Below are positions 57,029 to 64,000 of a stretch of 64,000 bases of DNA, in pieces. Below the pieces are notes generated by a model. That model was not told where the DNA came from, did not search any database, and was given only the letters and a program-made list of their open reading frames with translations. Each line of letters opens with the position of its first letter. Position 1 is the stretch's first letter. Source of the DNA: a virus; IMG/VR virus record IMGVR_UViG_3300027816_000055. One strand, written 5' to 3'. Both the position numbers and the translations under genes were made by a program.

Positions 57029-57900
57029 TGAATAATTACATTACAAAAATAACAGCGGGATATCCATATAACGATTTTAATTTTTATATTGGTGATGAAA
57101 CTGGAAAAGCATGGTATGATGATGTTGTTATTTACAAAACAACAGATCCATATCCAGTTCATGTGAGTTTGAAAAAAAATGAAAATTACAAATCATATAT
57201 TTCTTTTGAATTAATTTTATGTACTTTGTTTTTTTATAATAAAATAAATTTCAAAGATCATTTGTATGCAAATAAAAACACAAATAATTATTTAATTGAC
57301 CTTTATCAAAAACTCAATAATATTGATAATACGTACAATAAACTGGATACAATTATTGATGTTGGAGCACATCATGGATTCTATTCATTAAATTATTCAT
57401 CAATTTCTAAAAAGGTAATTGCAATCGAACCGTATATAAAAAATTTTGCAATACTACAAAAAAATCTTGAAATTAATAATATAAATAATATTTTTGCATA
57501 CAATTATTATATTACAAATCAAAGAAATAATTTATCATTTACTAATTTGGATAAATTTAAATTTTGCAATGAAAATTTTGAAAGTTGTGATTGTATAACT
57601 AAAACACTAGATGATTTATTGCCATATTGTTCTAATAATATGTTAATTAAATTAGACACTGAAGGAGAAGAAGTAAAAATTTTAGAGCAATCACAACAAG
57701 TAATAAAACAATACAAACCTAATTTTTTAATTGAGTTACACTCAACGTGTCTTGAAGATTTGAATGATATTAAAAAGTATATTCCTGTTAAAAATTATGA
57801 GATTGTAAAAATTAACAAATATACATTTTATCCCGAATTATCAACTGAAAATGACAATTATAATAATTGTGGATATCTATTTTGCCGAGCATTAATATGA
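57028..57900 (+). CDS. FkbM-family methyltransferase
   Basis: 'IIDVGAHHGFYS', 'AIEP', 'IKLDTEGEE', 'LIELH'. Confidence 0.85.
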   Translation: MNNYITKITAGYPYNDFNFYIGDETGKAWYDDVVIYKTTDPYPVHVSLKKNENYKSYISFELILCTLFFYNKINFKDHLYANKNTNNYLIDLYQKLNNIDNTYNKLDTIIDVGAHHGFYSLNYSSISKKVIAIEPYIKNFAILQKNLEINNINNIFAYNYYITNQRNNLSFTNLDKFKFCNENFESCDCITKTLDDLLPYCSNNMLIKLDTEGEEVKILEQSQQVIKQYKPNFLIELHSTCLEDLNDIKKYIPVKNYEIVKINKYTFYPELSTENDNYNNCGYLFCRALI

Positions 57901-58580
57901 ACAAATTACCAAAAATATTCTGTTTAACTTTAAAAAGCACCCCAAAGCGAAAAGAATACGCTGAATCCCATTTTAAAAAACATAATGTTGATGTTGAATT
58001 TTTTGAAGGATTCGATGGTCCATTATCCGGATTAAGAACAACAATACCATTTACGGAACACGACAAAGAGATATTTATAAGACAAGGTCGTATCGGATGT
58101 ATTTTATCTCATTATATGTTATGGAAAACAATATGGCACAGCTCATATGATGAAGTTTTAATTCTAGAAGATGACGCACAACTGGTAGATAATTTCACCG
58201 AAAAATTCCTAGAAATAAAATCCAGATTGCCGAATGATTGGCAATATGTGTTTGTTGGACATTGTTGTTTACCACAAATGGAACACAATACTATTATATC
58301 AGATGGAATAATATATCCAATACATCCCCCGATGTGTACACATGCTTATATGATTAAAAAATCAAGTATACCAACACTGATAGATACCAATAGTCAAATC
58401 CAAGCGGCAGTTGATGTTCAAATACAATTAAAATCATTAAAACAATTAAAACATTACGTTTTAAATCCTCCATTAGTAAATCAAATGTCGTTACTTCAGC
58501 AACAAAATCCTGAATTATTTGATAACAATGATAAAACATTTGCATCTTTAACATTGGATGCAAATTTTGAATCATACTAA
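57897..58580 (+). CDS. Glycosyltransferase family 25
   Basis: 'IFCLTL...R', 'GCILSH..LW', 'LILEDDA', 'THAYMI'. Confidence 0.85.
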   Translation: MNKLPKIFCLTLKSTPKRKEYAESHFKKHNVDVEFFEGFDGPLSGLRTTIPFTEHDKEIFIRQGRIGCILSHYMLWKTIWHSSYDEVLILEDDAQLVDNFTEKFLEIKSRLPNDWQYVFVGHCCLPQMEHNTIISDGIIYPIHPPMCTHAYMIKKSSIPTLIDTNSQIQAAVDVQIQLKSLKQLKHYVLNPPLVNQMSLLQQQNPELFDNNDKTFASLTLDANFESY

Positions 58581-58657
58581 AACTATTCACTTTAGATTCA
58601 ACATTCTATGACAAGTCATTTGAATCTTTTTCTAATTTAAATAAAAAGTATTTTTTA

Positions 58658-59365
58658 CTATCCTATAATATTAATATTTTTAATACCAGTAGCATGTGCA
58701 TTCAAATGCAATAATTTTACTGGATTTTTATTCTCCTTTTCATAAATAAATGGAGGATGTGTATATCCTGAATGTAATAATTTGCAAGGATTATTTAAAA
58801 TGTATTTATTAAAATGAGACTCGTCATGCCATATAGCGATATAATTATTTTTTAAATCTTTATTAATATTTTCATTCAATTCCATAGTCATTTTAATAAA
58901 AGATTGTGCATTCGATCCAAAAAAACAAGCCTGACAATATTTTCCATATAGCATATCCGTAACTTCTACATATGCGGTTGAATTTATATTTGTTTCATAT
59001 GTTCCGGTAGAATTTTCTAAATAAAAGTGTTTTGCCGCAACAATTTCATTATTAACGGGTAATATTTCTTCTGTGATAGTGGTATGTACCAACATATCGC
59101 AATCAATATAATAAATATAATCAAATGTTTGTAATAGACTTGATATACTATTAAAATAAAAAAATCTCATTAAAGTGGTAATTGGCCATGGTAAACAATT
59201 GATTTTAATAGTGTTTGTATTTATATAATTTATATCTTTATCTGTAAATACAAATAAAGTTTTATCGTGATCTGGTAGAAACTTTAAAAATATACTTCTG
59301 TGCAATGGTTCTAAAAATGAAATATATTTATCAGTTGCAATCGTTAATATTGCTATTTTTGCCAT
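58658..59365 (-). CDS. Glycosyltransferase family 6 (ABO/alpha-Gal-transferase-like)
   Basis: 'IATDKY', 'FVFTD', 'WPITTLMRF', 'YIDCDM', 'ACFFG', 'AIWHDESHFNKY'. Confidence 0.85.
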   Translation of the reverse strand: MAKIAILTIATDKYISFLEPLHRSIFLKFLPDHDKTLFVFTDKDINYINTNTIKINCLPWPITTLMRFFYFNSISSLLQTFDYIYYIDCDMLVHTTITEEILPVNNEIVAAKHFYLENSTGTYETNINSTAYVEVTDMLYGKYCQACFFGSNAQSFIKMTMELNENINKDLKNNYIAIWHDESHFNKYILNNPCKLLHSGYTHPPFIYEKENKNPVKLLHLNAHATGIKNINIIG

Positions 59366-60078
59366 AATTTAAAATTGTTTAATTGTGATTTGTAAGTATC
59401 ATAATACCATCCAGTGAAATGATAAATATATCCTTCCATAGTTTTTGAATTTAATGGCGGATCAATATAATTCCATTCTTTAGAAATATGTATCAGTTTA
59501 TCATTCAAATAATACATAGTAGTATAGTTTAACAATGCCTGTTCAACTTGATGAATTCGTGGATACGGATCTTGTATCAACGACAATGCTTTGATCATAT
59601 GATCGAATAAATACAAATGTTTTTGTGGAGTAAATAAGAACATTCCAGCATTAAAAAAATTATCGTTGTATATTTGATACTCTAAATTGACATTTAATAC
59701 GCGTTTACATTCGTTATACCAAGGTCTACAAAGTTGATTGTTTTTGAAATCCTGTTTGATTTCATCTGAAAGAAATGTCTGCTGCATGTCTTTGACAACA
59801 TAAAAATAATCCGTGTCGTTGAAAATATCAAAGGGATTTGGTGAATCGTGTTTTATCAACACATCAGTATCAAGATACATACATCTATCAAAATTTAATG
59901 TTTGATATGGTAAGTATAATTTTGTAAACATATCATGAAATCTACTTGGTTGAAGTGGAGTTTCTATGCGTAGATATTTACAATTCCAATTTGCACATGC
60001 ACATTTAATACTTTCTTCAACATTTGAAGAAACGATATGTGGATTATTTTTTGTATTAAATGATACAATACAATTCAT
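59353..60078 (-). CDS. Glycosyltransferase family 8-like
   Basis: 'CMYLDTDVL', 'FNAGMFLF', 'EQALLN', 'WNY', 'HFTG'. Confidence 0.8.
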   Translation of the reverse strand: MNCIVSFNTKNNPHIVSSNVEESIKCACANWNCKYLRIETPLQPSRFHDMFTKLYLPYQTLNFDRCMYLDTDVLIKHDSPNPFDIFNDTDYFYVVKDMQQTFLSDEIKQDFKNNQLCRPWYNECKRVLNVNLEYQIYNDNFFNAGMFLFTPQKHLYLFDHMIKALSLIQDPYPRIHQVEQALLNYTTMYYLNDKLIHISKEWNYIDPPLNSKTMEGYIYHFTGWYYDTYKSQLNNFKLWQK

Positions 60079-60094
60079 AAACATATATATGCAT

Positions 60095-60785
60095 ATGACT
60101 ATTGAAGATTGGAAATTTTTAGTAGATACTGAAATATCTCATTGGAATAATGTATTTTATAAATATACCACAGATACAAATTCATATTTACATCAATATG
60201 TAAAAACTAGATTATACATAGAATTACCGGTTCATAGAAATGTTCAATTGTTGATAGATTCAATAAAAAAAAAATAAAATAACAATTTTGGATGTAGGAT
60301 CTGGTCCTTTTCCTTTTTTGGGAAGAACGTCCACAAAAAATATACAACTAACTGCGGTAGATTATTTAGCAGAAAGTTATTATAAATTGTATAATCAGTA
60401 TAATGTTTATCCTCCAACGATTCCAATCGCATTGGATGCATCGGAATTATCTTTGAATTTTCAACACAATTCATTTGATATTGTTTATGCTAGAAATAGT
60501 ATTGATCATACATATAATCCAATAAAATGTATTCAGGAAATGGTGAATGTTTCCAATAAATATGTTATTCTTGAACACAAAATAAATGAAGGTATTGTTG
60601 AAAATTATCACGGATTGCACAATTGGAATTTTTTCATTAAAAACTCTAAATTTTATATTAGTAATAAATGCGGCGATGAAATTTGTGTTAATGATTTATT
60701 ACCAACATCGACAATTAATTGTCAGTTAACTATTGAAGAAGAAGAAAAAATTACCGATTGGTTAGTGGTTATTATTGAAAAATAA
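60095..60785 (+). pseudogene. Class I SAM methyltransferase interrupted by a frameshift in an A10 tract (phase-variable, slippage-read or assembly error)
   Basis: 5' ORF 60095-60277 ends ...DSIKKK*; the +1 frame continues KKNKITILDVGSGPFPFLG...FDIVYARNSIDH without an ATG. Confidence 0.7.
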
Positions 60786-60798
60786 TATTTAAATCTAT

Positions 60799-61731
60799 AT
60801 GAAACTTTTATTTGTTGTACATCGCACGTATCCTTACAATGGAGGATCGGAATATAATATTAAATTAATTAGTGAAGCGATGGCTAAAGAAAAATATCAA
60901 GTAACCGTTTTGACTGATTGCAGTCAGGGAAATTATGGAAATGTCACAGTTATTAATGATAGAAACGAATTATTTTCATGCCAATATGATTGGATAATCA
61001 TTCACGGAAATGATATGCCAATTCAAGATTATGCATTATTAAATATTAAAAAAATCAAAGCAAAAACTTTATACTGGATAATTAAACCATCTGATAGCGA
61101 AAGTGCAATAAATGGTTTTAAACACGCGACGGCAATAGGATGGGGCACATCATATGATTTTAATCATGCTTTAAAATATAATTGTGCAGCAAAAGCTAAA
61201 CATATCAGATATTCTGTCGATTTGAATGATTGTTTTGGAACAAAATCAACACATAATGATTTCGTTTTTTTAAGTTCCGGGGGATTTGGTGCTCATAAAG
61301 GATTTTGTGATTTAATTGATATATTTACAGAGTTAAACGTACCAAATACTAAATTGATTTTAACAGGATATATAGGTGATCCTCCTATTTCAACGAATAA
61401 AAATATAGAAGTTTTTAAAATAAATAATCGATTGGATTATTTAAATATACTTGCAAATGCGGATGTATACATAATGAATAGTTATAGTGAGGGATTTGGA
61501 TTGGTTTTATTAGATGCAATGATCAACAAAATTCCATGGATTAGTAGAGATATCGCAGGAGCGACTGATATGAAACAATACGGAAACATCTATTCATCCA
61601 ATCAAGAATTAAAAAAATTAATTTTAAATTATAAACACGATCAAAATAAAATTGAGGCAGCATATGACTATATTTTAAATGAAAAAACAATTAATTGTAT
61701 GGTAAAAGATTTTTATTCTATACTAAACTGA
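60799..61731 (+). CDS. GT4 glycosyltransferase
   Basis: 'GGSEY', 'SSGGF..HKG', 'ADVYIMNSYSEGFGLVLLDAM'. Confidence 0.85.
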   Translation: MKLLFVVHRTYPYNGGSEYNIKLISEAMAKEKYQVTVLTDCSQGNYGNVTVINDRNELFSCQYDWIIIHGNDMPIQDYALLNIKKIKAKTLYWIIKPSDSESAINGFKHATAIGWGTSYDFNHALKYNCAAKAKHIRYSVDLNDCFGTKSTHNDFVFLSSGGFGAHKGFCDLIDIFTELNVPNTKLILTGYIGDPPISTNKNIEVFKINNRLDYLNILANADVYIMNSYSEGFGLVLLDAMINKIPWISRDIAGATDMKQYGNIYSSNQELKKLILNYKHDQNKIEAAYDYILNEKTINCMVKDFYSILN

Positions 61732-61747
61732 TTTAATATTTATATAT

Positions 61748-62224
61748 ATGCCAAAATTAAAAGAAAACGAAATGGGCGATAGAATGATGACGGGATTACC
61801 CTATTCACAAGGTGGTGGATTGGGTACTACTGGTGTAGATACTATTAATAGTCCAGATATCAGTCAGAAACCAGAAAAATTTAAATATCCACAAACCGCT
61901 ACAAGTGCAAGTGATATTACTACACCCACCCCTGACCAATATGATAATACATCACCCGAAGGTAGCGAAAATTTTAAAAATGATGTAGATGCTATTAAAA
62001 ACGTCGTAACACCAGATGAAGTATTGACAGGTATGCAATATGAACTGAAACAAATGGTATTCAAACGTAAAGATATTGCAAAACAACTGGTCGTATCCAA
62101 TTTAAAGAAAGATCCAAAGTTCTATAGTAAATTGCATATGATGCAAGTCGATGAAAACGGAGTTCGTCAAGAAGCCATTAGTGATATTATTCGTGAAATG
62201 AAAAAAAGAAAGCGTTATCTATGA
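61748..62224 (+). CDS. Hypothetical protein with a degenerate DUF5661-like repeat
   Basis: 'VTPDEVLTGMQYEL...NLKKDPKFYSKL'; ATATTTAT 4 nt upstream. Confidence 0.6.
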   Translation: MPKLKENEMGDRMMTGLPYSQGGGLGTTGVDTINSPDISQKPEKFKYPQTATSASDITTPTPDQYDNTSPEGSENFKNDVDAIKNVVTPDEVLTGMQYELKQMVFKRKDIAKQLVVSNLKKDPKFYSKLHMMQVDENGVRQEAISDIIREMKKRKRYL

Positions 62225-63321
62225 AAATTACAGGCAAACATCCTACTAAGCTTAATGATCCTATAATTAAACATCCTGCTATGCATGGAAATAGATGGCA
62301 AATAGATCCAACCGCTGAACCTCATACTAGTTTTGATAAATTATCCAAACATCAAGTGGATGAATTTGCTGTAAACAATATGGACACATGGACTGATACT
62401 AATCATAATGACGTAGATATTGGCTACAATGAATTTTATGAAGAGTTAACAGGGGGAGTTGGTGATGCAACTGCTCCACATGATGTTGATCCAATTGAAT
62501 TGGCATTGGGGCAAACTGTAGAAATGGAACATACAACAGATCCAAACGTTGCCACCGAAATTGCATTGGATCATTTGAGTGAAGATCCAAAATATTATAC
62601 CAAACTCAAAAAAGCAGGATTGGCAAAAGAGTTAGATCAAATTGGAACATCAACAGGATTTGGTGATCCAGATCATTCAATTAATCATGAAAAGCTAGTA
62701 GGGTCCAATAAAACAGCAATCGCTGGAAACAATATTGCAGGGAAAATCGGTAATACACCCGATGATCATGTCAATAAAGTTAATGACAAAATTTCTAGTG
62801 ATAATAAAAACTTAAATCAAATGAATAATGATGATTTTACAGTAGATGTAAATATCGAAGAACCTTCTTTGGAGGAAGATAGATGTACTGATATTGCAAA
62901 AAGAAAATACAAAAAATGGCCAAGTGCATATGCCAGTGGTGCTGTTGTTCGTTGTCGAAAAGGTAAAATATGGAAAAAGACTCAGGAAGAAATTGAACAG
63001 ATCAAAAAAGAATTAGAAGAAGATTTCTCAAAAGAAAAAAAACAAGGATTGCATGGCTGGTTTGCCCGTCGTGGCGGTAAAGGAGGCAAAGGTTGGGTAG
63101 ATTGTAATACATGCCGCAAAGATCCTGAAACCGGAACTAAAAAATGCAAAACTTGCGGAAGACAATCCGGAGAAAAACGAAGTAAATATCCTGCGTGCCG
63201 ACCTACACCTAGTCAATGCACAAAAAAAGGAACCAGTCATAAAAAGGGTCCAAGTACGGTTTCATGGAAGAATGAAGTATCATTGACAGAAATTGCTAAA
63301 CGATTGTTAAGTGATGAATAA
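62221..63321 (+). CDS. Hypothetical multi-module protein (DUF5661-like domain + Cys/Lys-rich modules)
   Basis: 'ELALGQTVEMEHTTDPNVATEIALDHLSEDPKYYTKL'; 'KWPSAYASGAVVRCR'; 'WVDCNTC...CGR...YPACRP'. Confidence 0.65.
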   Translation: MKITGKHPTKLNDPIIKHPAMHGNRWQIDPTAEPHTSFDKLSKHQVDEFAVNNMDTWTDTNHNDVDIGYNEFYEELTGGVGDATAPHDVDPIELALGQTVEMEHTTDPNVATEIALDHLSEDPKYYTKLKKAGLAKELDQIGTSTGFGDPDHSINHEKLVGSNKTAIAGNNIAGKIGNTPDDHVNKVNDKISSDNKNLNQMNNDDFTVDVNIEEPSLEEDRCTDIAKRKYKKWPSAYASGAVVRCRKGKIWKKTQEEIEQIKKELEEDFSKEKKQGLHGWFARRGGKGGKGWVDCNTCRKDPETGTKKCKTCGRQSGEKRSKYPACRPTPSQCTKKGTSHKKGPSTVSWKNEVSLTEIAKRLLSDE

Positions 63322-63766
63322 AATTTATTTATCTAAATATGCAAAATTATTATTACGGGAATCATTAGAAGATATTCCTGAATTGCCCGATTTCTTTATA
63401 GATAAAGCCACAGGAAAAGAAGTAAAAATTCCTAAAAACCGTTTGGTTTCTACTGCACGTTATTCTGGTATCAATCCGCAACTCGCAGATCGAATACATC
63501 GGTTATGCATTCACAATTTACGAAATCCGTCTGAAATAACAAAAAAAGGAATCGAATCAGCATATATGTATATCGTTTCTAAAAATCCTGAAATTAACGC
63601 GATTCGTATAAATATATCAGATTATGATCCGCTTCGTAGTCCAATGCATGATATTGTGCATGGAGTAGCATCTGGTATTGAACCTTATAATATTTCGTAT
63701 TTTGTGCAAAATTTAAAAGGTTATGGAAAAAAAGGAGATAGTTCTAAAGGATATATAACAACATGA
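63311..63766 (+). CDS. Hypothetical protein
   Basis: 151 aa, overlapping neighbours. Confidence 0.55.
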   Translation: MMNKIYLSKYAKLLLRESLEDIPELPDFFIDKATGKEVKIPKNRLVSTARYSGINPQLADRIHRLCIHNLRNPSEITKKGIESAYMYIVSKNPEINAIRINISDYDPLRSPMHDIVHGVASGIEPYNISYFVQNLKGYGKKGDSSKGYITT

Positions 63767-64000
63767 ACGATACCGAATCATATCCAACTGCTGATTTTAA
63801 TCAATTGTTATTGAGAAAAATGCAACAACCAGTTGCTAGTGTACCGCATGAATTTGATCCATATCAAGCATTGTTAAAAAGAAAAAAACAACAGGACAGT
63901 GGAGAATTGCCACCTATCAAAAATATCAATCCCGATGACTTGTATGAGCTACAACAATTCTGTCAAACACACGGTATTGTCGGATTCAATTGTGGTAAAA
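63763..64000 (+). CDS. Hypothetical protein, 3'-truncated by window edge
   Basis: ATGA overlap at 63763; open to the end (MNDTESYP...GIVGFNCGK). Confidence 0.55.
   Translation, partial: MNDTESYPTADFNQLLLRKMQQPVASVPHEFDPYQALLKRKKQQDSGELPPIKNINPDDLYELQQFCQTHGIVGFNCGK

Noticed and set aside
58594-58627. AGATTCAA/TTGAATCT stem-loop between convergent GT25 and GT6 genes
   Set aside because: Weak A/T-rich stem; possibly a bidirectional terminator but too ambiguous to call.
1-64000. Stop-codon reassignment (alternative genetic code) as in some large phages
   Set aside because: Conserved genes are full length under the standard code, and TAA, TGA and TAG all occur as ends of plausible genes.
1-64000. 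tRNA genes or CRISPR arrays
   Set aside because: Intergenic gaps are short and none shows a cloverleaf or regularly spaced direct repeats.

Overview
A 64-kb, AT-rich segment of a large myovirus-type (T4-like replisome, contractile-tail) bacteriophage genome, read in the standard genetic code. No tRNA, rRNA, CRISPR array, intron or intein was seen. Layout: (1) 0.1-9.3 kb tail and baseplate genes (gp26/gp51-like chaperone pair joined by a probable programmed frameshift, tape measure, tube initiator, LysM wedge, hub). (2) 9.3-24.5 kb replication, repair and nucleotide genes (a thumbless family-A polymerase, gp32-like SSB, RecA/UvsX, RNase H-type 5' exonuclease, DnaB, class II RNR, UvsE, gp62-like subunit, dNMP kinase, a DUF4338/DruA-like protein). 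(3) 24.5-44.4 kb minus-strand, mostly translationally coupled glycan-biosynthesis block. It includes a sub-operon with its own promoter: RfbH/DdhC 3-dehydrase, RmlB-type 4,6-dehydratase, split YerE/AHAS-like TPP enzyme, PanB and an SDR reductase. This looks like a route to an unusual C4-branched 3,6-dideoxysugar and is the strongest candidate for an undescribed system. (4) 44.5-51.6 kb Cas4/RecB-like nuclease, family-B polymerase, clamp, clamp loader. (5) 51.6-61.7 kb second glycosyl/methyltransferase block (GT4+beta-propeller fusion, GT6, GT8, GT25, one methyltransferase broken at an A10 tract). (6) 61.7-64 kb hypothetical genes. Regulatory signals include many TTGACA-17-TATAAT-type promoters that appear to give leaderless mRNAs and a recurring ATATTTAT motif ahead of other genes. 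All family assignments come from motif recognition by eye, not from database searches.
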